Notes under the pieces: model-generated
What the model was told of the DNA's origin: nothing
Seen by the model: the letters and a program-made list of their open reading frames with translations, nothing else
The model's database searches: none
Program-made: the position numbers and the translations under genes
Shown here: positions 49,901 through 63,516 of the stretch, in pieces
Layout of the letters: each line of letters opens with the position of its first letter
Numbering within the stretch: the first letter of the stretch is position 1
Origin: Marsupella aquatica
Lineage: Eukaryota > Plantae > Marchantiophyta
Direction of reading: 5' to 3'
DNA: 64,000 nt
Assembly: GCA_973895155.1 (NCBI GenBank)
Contig: OZ316892.1
Coordinates: forward strand, 29,704,932 to 29,768,931

Positions 49901-51790
49901 CTCATCCGCAGGAGTTAAAGTAGGCGCCTGGCTATGACAAGAGTGATCGACATTCTGCACTCGCTATAGTGCTTCAATTTTCCCAATTTTCTCAATTGAG
50001 CACCCGTTCGATCAGCTGGATAGAGGTTCAAGGGATTTCTTCAATCGCATCAGGTTACTTTTGCTCACATACTACCAATTCAAGATCGCGAGCGGGGGTC
50101 TGTAGATCCACCACATCGGAGCGCCTAGTTCGTTCTGGAAAGGTGAGAGCTCCATATCTCTCTCTGCCCTCTGAGCTCTCTTGCTAGGTAACCTCTACGT
50201 CATTCTGTCAGACTGACCGTGGATCTAGCGCAGCCTGTCCAAGAACCCAGATATGTGAAAGATTTCAGTCCTTCCGCCCCCCGGGTATGTTGTGAGATCT
50301 TCAGAGCTGGCAGCGGCTGGTTCCTTGCCTTTCCTTTAGTTGTCACTCTCTCTCGGGACTGCTCTGTTCTCTCTTCTATCAGGCTGCTCCGCTCAGGTTT
50401 TTCAGTGGCGGTGGGTGCTGCTGCTTAGCGTTTCGATTTTCAGCAGCGGTCGGGTTCTGCTTCGACCCAGCGACTAAGTTTCCACTCCATCGATCTCCAT
50501 GCTCGCAGCGGCCACTGATCGAGTACAGTACTGAGTCCCGTCGTCCGAGAAAGTTGCAAACTTCAAGATTGAAGGTGTGAAGTAAGTGAAACCCTCATCA
50601 TTCAGTCACTCATGCTTAATCATGCCAGTCCAGTGACCTGTTCCGGTTGCCGTGTGTGTGAATGACATCCTTAATTGTGCGCCTCTGCCCAAGCTAACCT
50701 TACTCTCAAGGACCTTCCGTTATACTTCCATGCCAAATTTTGAATTGCACCGAAGGAGTCAAGATGAACACTGGTGGGACTGGGATGGATGGGATATACA
50801 TGGGACGGGCTTGCATCGAGCATGAGAAAATTGACTTCAATTGGTGGAGGGCTTTCTTTTGTTGCATATGTGGGTGGGGTTTGATCGGAGTACTGAGAGC
50901 TGCGTACAGTTTGGTGTGTGCGGGCCTAAAGCTCTCTTCAAACGGAAGAAAAGCCCCCACAAAACTCGCGCCCCTCTGCAATATCGCTTTCCATAGTGGT
51001 GCATGATCCAGCTGAATCACACGAATCAGCTCAATCAGATCTAAGTTTGTGCACTTTTTCGTTTCCTTCAACTGCTGGCCTTTAGCCACTGAACCGAATT
51101 TACTCAACACCGCCACTTCATGACCTCTCCATTAGTGTTCTAGTGGACAACTCTGTGTCAGCTAAGTTCCTGAGTTCGGTGTGCAGAGTGGATGTAATTT
51201 TGGCGTAAGGCATCTCGTGACGACTGGTGCTTGGCTACAGCGGCCGTTCATTGAATGTGTATGCTCCTTCAAAATCCAGAGACAGCTAACCTGTGATTTT
51301 CGGTCTAGAGGACAACTTTTTCGATGGCTGTGCGAATAGCAAATCTCCATGTTAGCGGATTGACACTGTCAATACAATCTGGGGTATCAATTTATCACCG
51401 CAATCTAGCTTTCCAGCATCAAATGTTGATTGTCTTGCTTGCTTGTCTTCGCCGATTAAAGGTATTTGCTAGGCTGTGGTGGTTCAGCGAAGGCAGATCC
51501 GAGCATTAATATTCTAGATGGTCCTCTCAGGATTGAAACACAAATGTATCTTGAATGTCACTCAATCTGCTGGGACCTTTGATAGTACGGTGTGATTATG
51601 GGTTTGAGAAGTTCCAAAGTCCGGAATTTGCAAGGCAGGAATTTGGATGAGAAATTTGGATGAGAAAACTACTACTAGTGATAATTGCGGAAAAAACTGA
51701 ATTTTTCTATTATTGGAGCCAGGATAGCGCAGACAAAACTCATAGCAATGCTATTACTATTGTTGGTAGTTGCAGTGGAATATTGGGGAC
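47000..51790 (+). pseudogene. Decayed LRR/malectin-like ectodomain, copy 3
   Basis: LTNLTTLNISGSQL and LDSSTNSFLGSLP (47936 ORF); NLGNLSNLKSLDLQYNNLSGTFPKTLAKLSKL (~48594-48690); multiple disruptions. Confidence 0.78.
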
Positions 51791-51800
51791 CTGTTCAAGC

Positions 51801-54800
51801 ATGTGGAACCTATGGGAGAAATGGAAGAAATGGAAGAAAGTTCAAGCTTTGCATAAATTTGAAGGTAAATCTTAGATCAAGCTAGTGACATGTTCTTCAC
51901 TAGTACTTTTAATTGCATTTTCTAACTTTTGTTTACAATGTTGTAGTATTCAAATCATGTAAATTCCTGTCCGACATAGAATTTCTATGCCTGAAGCACT
52001 CAGTACTACTGCCCATTCCCGAGCTGATAAGATGACTTGAGTACTGGATTTGATTTGATTCAACCAAGTTGAAATCTGCTTAACACAATCTACTCTGAAT
52101 AGGCTTGGCAGGTCGTGATGTGCAGCCTGTGCTTTATGAGTACAATGACCTTAAACTCGCTACGAGGAATTTTCACAATGACAATTGCATTGGGCGTGGT
52201 CGGTTTTCCAAAATTTACAAGGTGGATTTGCCAGCTTAATTATAGTCTTGTTGCTACATAGCGTTGATTGGTGGCGCCAAGCCAACTTTGTTGGAAAGTT
52301 ATAAAATAACGAGGGAACATAAATATGTGAATCCCAACTAACTAAGATTTGGATATAGCATGTTCACTCTAAATACCTTCCTATTTTAACTCATAGATAT
52401 AAATTATGTTGTTATTTCATATTCAAATACATTTCTTAAATGATTTATTGTAAAATAATGCCTATAAAATTCCAAACGCTGAATGGGGGAGAAATGAGGG
52501 GTCAGCAGTCTCACTGAGGGGTAAGGAGGCGCCCGCCAAGGGAGAGTCATAAATATTTTTTAAGTAAACCTGATGTCAGGAAAATGAAAGGCATCACTAT
52601 TGTGTAGCACATTGGTGGTGGTCTTCCTGTGAGACTGAGAACATGAGGAATCAAGACTGGCCCTGCAATTACATTTTGATTAAGATGGAGGGCTAGGTAA
52701 AGGACAAATTATTCACAGCAAATCTTCACCTCTGAACATAATTTTATTTAATGAAAATCTAATTAAATAAATACTCCTCAAATTAATATTTTCTGGCAAC
52801 TAATGATTGTTTTGAACAAGAAAGGGTGAGCAGAATATTTTGACAATATCACTTGAAGGGGGAATATATCCAAACCAACATAGAAATATACTTAGAGATG
52901 ACCTCACCCCCAAGCAAGCCAGGGGGGAATTGGAAGTAATATTTGTGCTTACTACTTCATGATGACAATATGGAGAACTCACTTCCAATGTGTAAGCAAA
53001 TAAAATTATATCAGGTTAAGGCAAGAGGCTAATGTACAAGTGACAATCGTGTCTAAACTTTGTGATTGATTATATAGCATTATTGCATATCAATTCTTTG
53101 CTTCAATGTTACTGGGAGTAACAAATAAATGTGGGTAAATGAAGCAAATCTGAATTCCCTGTGCCATGTGACTCTCTTACATGTGATTAGGGAGTGTTTG
53201 AAGACGGGACAGTGCTAGCAGTGGAGAAGCCAAGAGAGTCTTCCAACTCACAAGGCTTAATTGATTTCTTGAATGAGGTGATGCTAATCACCGGTATCAG
53301 GCATAGAAACTTGGTTCAACTGAAAGGATGTTGTATTAAAGAGAAGCAGCACATACTTGTTTATGAATATGTGGAAAATGGAAATTTGGGAAAAGCACTA
53401 TGGAACCAGCCATGGCGTAAGTTTCATACTCCTTTCCAGTGAATTGTAGTTACATTCTTACTGGGCTTCCAATTGTTACATATTTTGTAGTGTTTGCCCC
53501 AATTCATGGCTGATGGACTATGAGATAATGTTTTATAACTAGTTTCCACTCAATTTCTGTTCTATTGTAAGTTTGCCCAACTCTGAGCGCGATACACATG
53601 ATATCACGCAGATGGATTGTGCAGTGTTATATATGTTAGTATAAGTTGAAATGATTACATTATGAGATGCATGAATTATGGGTGTCATGAGTATGTTTGG
53701 TCCCCGGAGAATGGGCCACGTACGGATGGCAAACAAAATGTTCTCTAATTTCAACATCTTTTAGACTCATTTTCTCCACGTGTGCAGCGTCAAATGGAGG
53801 ATTGAACTGGGAGAATCGTTTCAACATATGTGTGGGGGTTGCTCGAGGTCTTTCCTATCTTCATGAAGGGTTACAACCATCAATTATCCATGGAGATATA
53901 AAGCCATCCAACATTCTTTTGGATATGAATCTTAATCCCAAAATTTGTGACTTTGGCCTAGCAAAGAGTTTCCCAGAAGGATCAAGTGAAGACTACAACG
54001 CTGCAGGGACTCTGTAAGTTGACTTGTTTAGGGTCTACTTATTTCTAGATTGAGCTTAAGTTCTAGATAAAAACTCTTTTCATTCATGCTACAACTAATA
54101 ATTGATTCAAAAGCATAGCTAGTCCATGATTTACTTAAAAAGCTTCAACGCACACAATTTGTGAAACCCGTCTCATCAAGTCAAGGAAAAATGCACTAGA
54201 GTCCATGTCAAAGCTATTGTTGATCGTGTTCATAATTGTTTGGGTGTGATTTGGATGTAGCGGATACATAGTACAATTTGTCAAACCCATCTCATCCCCG
54301 ATCTCATCAAGTCAAGGAAAAATGCACTAGAGTCCATGTCAAAGCTATTGTTGATCGTGTTCATAATTGTTTGGGTGTGATTTGGATGTAGCGGATACAT
54401 AGCTCCAGAATATATGTCTACTGGCCAGTGTTCAACGAAAGTGGATGTTTATAGCTATGGCATTGTTGTTTTCGCGGTTCTTTCTGGAAGGAAGGCCATC
54501 AACTCCTCTGACAACTCTCTATCTTTCGAGGAAAAATTCCTTGCAAGCTGGGTATGGTCTTACTTTTTCAAAATTTGCAACCTATGGATTGCTAGAAGTT
54601 CAAGTTTAAGTTGATCTTATCTAGGAAAACTCATGGTACTATTCCAGGTAATGAAGTTGCAGTAACTCATGGACAGGTTGTGTTTAAGAACTCAGGTGCA
54701 TACTTGTATTTTTTCCATTTACAGTCAAATGTGGTGACCATTATTCGGTGCATGCGGGGCACTGCTAGTAGGTTCTAGTTTTCACTCTCTCCTATTATTT

Positions 54801-55494
54801 CTGCTGAATTTCAATTCTAGTTTTCAGTTTTTTGGGCAAATAGATCTGGTACCCGACCACTTGACAGCACCAGTTCTGGACTGTTTCAGATTTGCGTACT
54901 TTCGCTAATAATGAATACAGTTCATCAAGGCCAGACTAGATTCACGGGGGTTTCCCCCAATATTACATATGTTCGTTCAGCTAGAGGTGGTCTATTGGCA
55001 ATGCATGGAAAACAGAAATTATGGAGACCTTAAAAAGTTGTTGATTTGATGGAACGGCTTCAACATCATTCATTTGATTTGGGCAGAAATTATTGGCTAT
55101 GTACCTTTACAAGGAAAATTTGGTTCAGTTTCTACCTTAGTTTACTTGATTGTGTGTGTAGGTTAAAAAGAAGCAAAACGAGGGGTTATTGCTGGAGATC
55201 TTGCAACCCGAGTTGAGAGAGAACGGTGTACGAACTGAAGTAGTGAGAGCCATCAATGTTGGTCTGTTATGTATACAAGAAGATCCAACAAGGCGCCCAT
55301 CAATGTCTCAAGTAGTAAACATGCTCTTGGGAAGTATGGATACACCAACAAGCCGCCCATCAACGTCTCAAGTAGTAAACACGGTGGGAAGTATGGATAC
55401 AGTACAAGAGCATGAAAATGACCAACCTGATTTGGAAGACCCATCGACTGAAGGTAAGATTAAATATCGATGTGAACCCTCTCAATTCTCATGA
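51801..55494 (+). CDS. Receptor-like (pseudo)kinase cytoplasmic domain, copy 3
   Basis: Exons read through: [11 protein letters not shown] / LAVEK / [21 protein letters not shown] / GYIAPEY / [21 protein letters not shown]; duplicated acceptor at 54260/54391. Confidence 0.72.
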
Positions 55495-56053
55495 TGGAAG
55501 AAGGCTTTTTTGTCGTCTAGAAAAATTAATGTGAATGATCACTTTGGTCATTTCTCATCGCATCTGTGATGTAAGAAGCGTCCTCATATCTAAGCTCTCA
55601 CTGAGAAAGAGAACTCAACAGGTGACAGAGGCTGGAGTGAAGGTAGTGTGACTACTTGGTTTGATTTTGAAAGACATATCATATCATGCAAAACAAATTA
55701 GAAACATCATGCTCAGGTCTGGGGAGAGCTAGTTGTGGGTGCTGTGAATAGTGAAGATACCGAATGTGGACTTGAATGGATGTGCCACACAAAATTCAGT
55801 ACGCGATGTGTTTCCGGTCAGCGCACAGTCTGTATTTCCGCATTATCTTTGTTTCGAGCTTGTGTGGAATTGAAACGACTCGATTCATTTGAATCTTCAA
55901 GTACTTTTTTACAATCGTTCAGGACGGCTGAAAGTTATTAGTAAGTACAAAGCTTAGACAGGTTGACGTACTGTGTGGAAGAGTGGAAATCTGGAATGAC
56001 CGATATTCGTTCCCAGCCTTTTTCTGGTGGAAATATTGATTGTGAGTTTGCAC

Positions 56054-56587
56054 ATGGTTGCAGATGACTTGGACGATTTATATAGTGACCCGATCACTGA
56101 GGAGACTATGTGCGACCCTGTAAGCTGCTCTGATGGCCGGACTTATTGTCGATGGACACTGATCGACAATGGAATGACCAGGTCACCATATGACAGGACA
56201 AAACTGACTATCTATTGTGATGACATCACTGCAAGGTCAAGATTATTTAGAGCCATTCCAGAACAAGAATCAAAGTTTCGGGAGCGTCGAAACAAACATC
56301 GAGAGGAGGCCCTGCAGCACGCACGGACTGATCCAGTCGAGTTGGAGTGCGCCATAGAGAAGCTGAACGACATTCTCTTGTGGGACCGTGGAGATACTGA
56401 ATGTCGGAATGAGCTTGCTCGTGGTCTAAGTCTTGTTTGTGAAACATTTACTCAAACATCGCTTTTGGATACAATTCCTGAGGTGATGCACGAAGATGTG
56501 ATAAGAGCTAGACTTGATAGCGAAGGAGCTCTCGTTCTTAAATTCTTGGTGCTATTTTATATTGCAATCTGGACGTTCATAATCTAG
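56054..56587 (+). CDS. U-box/TM protein copy 3 (5' exon uncertain)
   Basis: Open ORF nearly identical to 26387-26920. Confidence 0.75.
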   Translation: MVADDLDDLYSDPITEETMCDPVSCSDGRTYCRWTLIDNGMTRSPYDRTKLTIYCDDITARSRLFRAIPEQESKFRERRNKHREEALQHARTDPVELECAIEKLNDILLWDRGDTECRNELARGLSLVCETFTQTSLLDTIPEVMHEDVIRARLDSEGALVLKFLVLFYIAIWTFII

Positions 56588-57599
56588 TAGATTCCAGGCA
56601 CAGAGTGAATTTAATGCAGAACTCTGACCAAGTTATCGTAAACAGTGGGGAAGACTCTGGTTAATGGTGACATTTGATTAAGGCTAAGAGTCTCTAGAAG
56701 TCCTGCTTCTATGGAGTATGAAGACCGTGCATCAAGGCGAAGCGTCAAAATGGTGGGTATATCAAATTGCATTTCCTGACTCTAAGATTAAAGTCAACAC
56801 TTGTTTGAGTATCAATGATTACCATGTTTGGTCGTCAAATATCTGGTTGCCGTCTCGACATTGCCGTTTGATATCTCGTTGGATTTCCAGTATTTATCTT
56901 AGTTTTTGCAATCCTGAGTATTGATGGCTCTGTCGTTAATTTCATTTATATGTAGGAAGGAAGGCAGAAGCACCACCAGCAGCTCCGAATTGACCGAAGC
57001 CAAGTCACTCACTTCCGTCCAGCAGTCCAAGGAAATAACTCATTGTACGTGGACAAACTGGGTATATATACCGAGGACGAGATATGGGCGGTTCCAAACC
57101 CAGTGAAGTTCAGACTGCATGAGAAGTCAATATTGTACAAAAATATTTTCCGGTGAATTTCCGTCATCTCACTTTTCTGATCGGTCCTTCAAACTTAAGA
57201 TCGCATTTTATCTGTAAACCTGTGCATAATCTCGGGCAAAATGCGTTTCCGTGACTTGCAGAGTGTTATTTTCTGAGCTTAGTGGTTGACTTTTAAACTT
57301 TGTAGATGACGATTAGTGTCGGAAGAGTTCCTTCTGCCGGAAATCTTCGAGCGACCAGTAATCTGAAAACTCCAGTAGAAGGACGATGCTCAATGCAGTG
57401 GTTCGATAGATTCCAGTGGAGACCCTTTAATTTCTTTAAGTGCTCTCGTCTGGGATTTCTCGTCTGCAAGCTTAGCCTCTTGATCAGGTTCAATCAGTCC
57501 GATTTACACCTTGGCGAAGAAAGGATATTTGTCTCAGCAGATGGAAAAAGATATAGTAGAGGTTATCCTAGGACCATGGAAACATCCAACAACGCCAGG

Positions 57600-58430
57600 A
57601 AGTCTGCATACCTTCCGCCGATTTTTTGACGAAAATAGAAGAGAAGAGCAGAGAAGAGAAGCTGATATCTAGTTAGGGGACATAGAGAGAAGCTGGTATC
57701 TAGCTAGGGAGACAGAGTTTGTAGCAACAGTTGGAAGACATAAGAAGCAACTCTGGAGTAATTTGAATAGGGTGCCATTCACTCAGTGGATCTGGGTTCA
57801 ATTGCGGAAATTTTCTGGATCCTTCGCATGATGAAAAGACGTTCGCGCAGATGCGGCATTTTGGAGCCGATGACAAAACTGGAGGAGTATTTACTCGTTC
57901 TCACATGTAGCATAAAAAAACAGGGGACTGGTTGGCAACAATGTTTGAGGCGGTGGGCTAGGTTGGGGGCCAGGTATATAATTATGCCAACTCGGTCCTT
58001 GTGAGGGAGCTTTCGGGATGCCAGTGGACCTTGATGTATTTCCGTGTTGAAGAGAAATCATCAGGGGCTGACGACAACTCAGTAGGGGCAGAATGAGTTT
58101 AGTTTGCCACGTTGATCAGCAATCGTGGATGGTAGTACTTAGGAATCAGAAAATTCTCGACCGATCCAAGTTGTTTGTTGATCCCCAAAACTTATTGGAA
58201 AGAATTGGTTACTGGGTGTTGACAGAACTCAGTAAAAAAAATGAAAGGTCATGTCCAACCCATTCATTGTATGAGACTGAGTGCTTTGGTTGTTGCATTT
58301 GGAAGACTACAATTTACAGTTTTGACTTTCTACTCGGTTAGTTGAGTGGTTTTCAAGATTGTAATCTAGTGTGGGTGAAGCTAATTTCTAATGTAGAGGG
58401 AAATTATATGTCCAGTAAGGGTTGGGGGTT
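57600..58430 (+). pseudogene. Partial decayed RLK module copy truncated by CACTA insertion
   Basis: Collinear with 27900-28520 and 29660-29942. Confidence 0.65.
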
Positions 58431-58854
58431 CACTAATAGAAAACAAGGTTATTTATGAACGCAACAATGACTACTCACATGGTCTTTTCAACAAAACAAT
58501 GACGCATCCGTTTCTGTCTTTCTAGATGCGTTGCAATGGACATTTGGGTCATGGTCCTTTCAGACAAATGATGCAAAAACATGTGGTCAATTCATACCTT
58601 CCGAAATGACTTATTTTATGATTTGGTCATAAATGGTGAATGGTCCGAAATGACCAAAAAACCACCGTCGATGGTTTCCATACCCAATTACACAACGCCA
58701 TGTGGCAGTTAAAGAACAAAGGTCATTAGTCATTTTGGACTTGTCCAAACTGACGCACAATATGTAACAAATCAAGTAGTGACATGTGCCTCAAAGGGTA
58801 TTCACCATGTGGCAATAGGCTTGGGTCATTTTGGACTTGTCCAAAATGACTACA

Positions 58855-61140
58855 TTATAGACAAGTCATATGGGGGCACGTGGTTGAATTGGGAGGTGAC
58901 ACGTGAAGATACACATTGGTCATTAAGGATATGTCATTAAGGATATGTCTACCTTCTTTGGTATCTATAGTCACCTTACTATGACTAGGCACAAATGTTG
59001 GAACTTGTGCATTACTGGAGTGATGTGCCATCCACGTAGTCATCATGCTTGCCAACTCCTTCACAGTGCCTCTCAACTCATCGACATCCAATTTCACAGC
59101 CCCAATGACAATGATCTCTTCTTTTGAATGTGGGGTCTATAAATGACTCACAAACCAACATAACATTCTCACTGTCAAACTAACAAACAACACAACATTG
59201 TGTCAATTGAAATAGAAAATGATGTACAAATTAGATTGGAATGACAATACTCATAGCTGATCCATGTCTGTATCCTCGCCCCAGTAAACTAGCACTCCCC
59301 ACTTGCCAATGATGGGCTCACCTTTGATCCCAAAAGACTACGAGTCTGACCTTCTGCACTTGCCAATGATGGGCTCATTGTCACCTTTGGCAACGAACTG
59401 TGACTACCAAGGTTTTCTTTCAGGTCAGATATACCTGGGCTTGATCCTCTCTTCTGCTTCTGTTCAAACACACAATGAATGAGAATCATAGAGTATGTTT
59501 TCATCAAAATTCACAAACAATGACAGAATTGATAGTGAAATGATATAGACAGTTTACCATTCTCTTTGCTGCTGCAACATGCCCTCCTCTTCCAAAGTGA
59601 GAGGTATCTTGCACTCGTGCTCTTTTATCAGTCATCTGTTTACTCAAAAATATCATTGCTGGACTCGTGTCAAAATGAGATACCAAAGCTGCCCATTTCT
59701 TTGGATCAACACTAGATGGCCTAGGTTTGGTTGAATCCTCAGTGCAAACTTTCTTCCAGTAAGTATGCATTTTATGGCGATCTCTCTTCAATATGCTATG
59801 ACAATGACTCTAGAATAATTTATTGTCAAGAAATTCCCCACCCACATACTTCCACTCAACTGCCATGCCCTGGGCCCTCAATCTTAACTAATACATGGAG
59901 GACGTGCAAACGCTCGAAAGGTAATTTTTATTCATTTTGAACTAATAATCATAATTATTACCGGTAATAAGGGAACTTTTAATAGTAAAATGGAAATAAC
60001 AAGGGGTAAACAGGAAAAGTGCCCGATCGCAGGGGGGTCCACTTCTTTTACACGGAGTGAGGGCCCAGGGCTGCCATGTTATTCCACACATTGGTTATAT
60101 CATTTTGATGATGATCAGTCCATTTTGGCTTTGATACATCAAAGGCTCTGAGTACATTGCCACGAAGTTCCTCTAGCCAGTATTGTTTGTTGGGATCAGA
60201 ATCATCAATGTCATTGTCATAAATCTGCATTTCACATGCAATGTAAATTCATAACTCTGGAATTTCTGCAAATTCCAAAGATTTATACACAATAACATCC
60301 TCACAACAATGTCTAAATCTACATTCACAAAAAGTAGAATACTCACTTTAATGTGTTTGGGCACATCTTCCTAAGTCCTTCGTTCATTGGCAGCTTTATA
60401 TCAAACATCTTCTTAGCATGCCTTCATTCCCTGCACATCTCATAGGCCCCGCCTGTAATGCACACACATGCATTCAATCAGAAAATATGTACATTGAAAA
60501 GTTGAGCAAATGCACTTGCATATGCATGACAAGCAGATTGTGTATTACCTTAAGATCCTCTAGAATGTAGTATGTCAAATTGACCTGATCTGCCTTTAGA
60601 TGCTGATGGAACCACTAAACAAACACACAACACCAAAGCACTTCAATGAATCATTTCATTTCCAAGTAGAATATCAACTTCCAAACACACCTGAAAAGTA
60701 TATCAGTAAAATCCACTCACTTTCATAATTATAAGAGTCCAGTGTCTGGGTCTTGCCAACATCTCACCAGCCCACCTCCACCAGGCCCAGTCTTCTTAGG
60801 CCCACGATCTTGTTTCTGTACCTACATCATGGACAACGTAGGCATATTAACAAATACTTTGAAAAAGGGACAAGGATCCCTTCCTATTAGGATGATGAAG
60901 TTCAAGCATTACTTGTTGTTCACTCTCTGGTTTTGACCCTCCAATGTCAGAATTCTCAATGTCATATACCTAGAATGAGAGGCATAGCCATCATCACCAG
61001 ACTCTGCCATCTTCACCTTGGTAGCTTGTGATAGTCTAGAGCTCCTCCTCTTTGGCAATGTTTTAGTTGAAGTACCTTTCACCAATGCAGGCTTTCTTCT
61101 CTGTCGTTGTACATGATTGTGTGGTTGGGCCTCTAAGGAA
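58855..61140 (-). pseudogene. CACTA TnpA-like (Transposase_24/Ptta) multi-exon remnant
   Basis: RHKMHTYWKK...PRPSSVDPKKWAALVSHF...SKQMTDKRARV...HFGRGG; boundaries approximate. Confidence 0.65.
59868..60070. mobile_element. 203-bp MITE with 13-bp TIR and 8-bp TSD
   Basis: ctgccatg|CCCTGGGCCCTCA ... TGAGGGCCCAGGG|ctgccatg; removing it restores the TnpA reading NNMAVEWKYVGGEF. Confidence 0.9.
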
Positions 61141-61422
61141 CAAAGCAATCATCAACATACACCAATGCAGATCAAACATACATGAAAAATGAATCTACAA
61201 CACAATAACAATGGTACTTATGTACAGGATCCATACTAGTATGAGACCAATCTGGAATAATCCAACAAAACATGAGCCAAAAAACTCTATTGACTGAATC
61301 AAAATTGCAACAGACATTTTAACACACACGTCGGCATGAAGTCTGGCCCCAACAGATCACACATAACCCTAACATTATGCTCTATGTTCCAGTTTCATTC
61401 CTCCTCATAAGCATTCATAGAA

Positions 61423-63063
61423 TGTGACAACCCCTGCATTAATCTTCCTTTCATAGGCTGCATTCACCAACTGCACAAATGGGCATTTGAACATTAGTTT
61501 GATTTCATATATAGTCCATACATGTAGTCCATCTATGGACTTCACACACCTAAAACCTATTCACTGCTTAGGAGTGGTGGACCTTGCCACCCAGCGCCCT
61601 CACCAATCCCAACACCCTCTCCTAAGTTCCCCTGGTGCCCGAACGCCTCCACGGAACTCTTGGAGAAAACAACTTGGTGCCCTTGGCACCGCCCGCGGCC
61701 ACTCCCATACGAAGCCGCACTTGCCCCCTAACACGACCGCCGCTCAACGGTCTTCACAGTCTGCGCAAGCCACCAACTGAGCACTCTAGTCAAGACTTCG
61801 GTAAGTAACCCAACATGATCTAGTTCTCCATAAGTCTAGCATCCTAATTCAAGCTCAGCAGACATTGGTAAGTAGGTCAGCAATAGGTCCTCCAGATGCC
61901 ATAAGCCAGAACCAGAGCCAACACCCACTGTTCGTCCAGAACAGCCCCTCTTCGGGTGCAGCTTGAGTTCCCCCTCGTACCTATCAATCCCCAACTGACC
62001 GCCTTGCCCCCAGGATGTGCTCATGGCCCAATTTGTGTAGCTTGCCCTAAAGCTTGTCCGAACATGTCGGGACCATAAATAATGGCCCCAAGTAACTCTA
62101 GTAACCAACTCTCAGACCTCGCTCTGCTGATAGCCTAGGGGCCAAGTTCACTTGGAACTCAACCTCCATGCCTACTTGGCCTTGCCTCCCCAAAGCAAGC
62201 TCCCTAGGGAGACTGAACGCAGTTCGGTTGCTATTCGGTAGGATTTGGCAAGCGGGCGAGATAGCCCCCACAAACCGCTAGAATCCATGGCACCCCTAGA
62301 CCCAGATGAGTTCAGGAAGATGTAGTCCTCCTTGAGAGCTTTCCAACGCACCCAAGAAGTACCCCAATGGACTTCCCGTTGTGAAGTTATCGCCGTTTTT
62401 GTTTGACATTTTCCCTTAGTGTCACGATCACCGCGGCCCATGACTTCGGCTCGCCCTTAGCCCCCTGGGAGACACCACTCCCCTCATATATGCTTCTGGA
62501 GACCTGCCACCCCCAGACCAACTTTGGTCCCCAAATTTTGGCCCCCCACCTGGACCCCAACCCGCATGTCTGGGCGCACCACCAACTGGCAATGTCCAGA
62601 CATTAATAACTTTCTAGTTAGGTGTCTGTAAGTGGAGACTTGCCTTAGCCCGGTGTGATAGGGCCAACCCGGTGCTGATGCCTAGGCCATCAGAACCCGT
62701 TGTCGCTTGGGGCCCCCGATCGGCCAAACCTGAATCGGGCCATAACTCGTGCCCTAAGCATTCGTTGCCCAAGAGGAGCTCTCATTCAAGCCCTCAAAAC
62801 TCAAAGTCCGTCTGGGGGTCCGGACGGTCGACCTTGAGTCTGGCCCTTTCCCCTAGACCCGACTAGCCCTCAACTAGTCTAAGTCTTTAGTGTGTGTCGC
62901 CAGCTTAGCGCCTTGCCTTCGCTAGTGCCACGTCCCATTGCCGATAAGTCTCCCCATACTAAGTCATCCCCAGATGGCCGTTCCAGGCCTGGACCATAGG
63001 GGAGCTCGGCGTCAAAGTCAGCGGCATTGGAGCTAAGTGTTAAGGTAGTCGTGTTCCGCGACT
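61423..63063 (-). repeat. 3' LTR (~1.64 kb) of chromovirus
   Basis: Outer end TGTGACAACCCC at 61423; PPT-like ttttaaggggcgg (minus strand, 63068-63080) next to the inner end, whose TG appears mutated. Confidence 0.65.
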
Positions 63064-63516
63064 TGCACCGCCCCTTAAAAATGGTCATGTCCGCGTGACC
63101 TAAGTAAACATTCCAACACGCCTAGACCACTTTAGGTCTAAAAAATATTGTAGGTAACAAATGGTTTGCCCATAAGGCTGACGCAAACCAGGTTGGTGTG
63201 CGCATTCCCAACTTGGGAAATTCCAACTAATCCCACTCATCCAAGTAGGATGCCAGTCGGGATGCCAGTCCAAGCAGGTAAGCCAACTCCAAACTTGTCG
63301 GACCCTTTGTTCTCTCCTTGGGGTAAGTCTTCCCTTTAGTTTGAACCAACCAGCCCACAGATGTGAGGCCAACTCCATCAACTTCCACTCACAAAAAACA
63401 AATCGGCCACCCAACAACCTCTAGCTCCCATGCAATCTGACTTTACCATTAAGAGGCCGAAAGGAGTGAAACCAGGATACAACTCACAAAGGTAGCCACA
63501 GTTGCCTATACTAGGT

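Noticed and set aside
61487-63417. Several short ORFs in the GC-richer right end
   Set aside because: They fall within the LTR/3' UTR of the retrotransposon and show no protein motifs.
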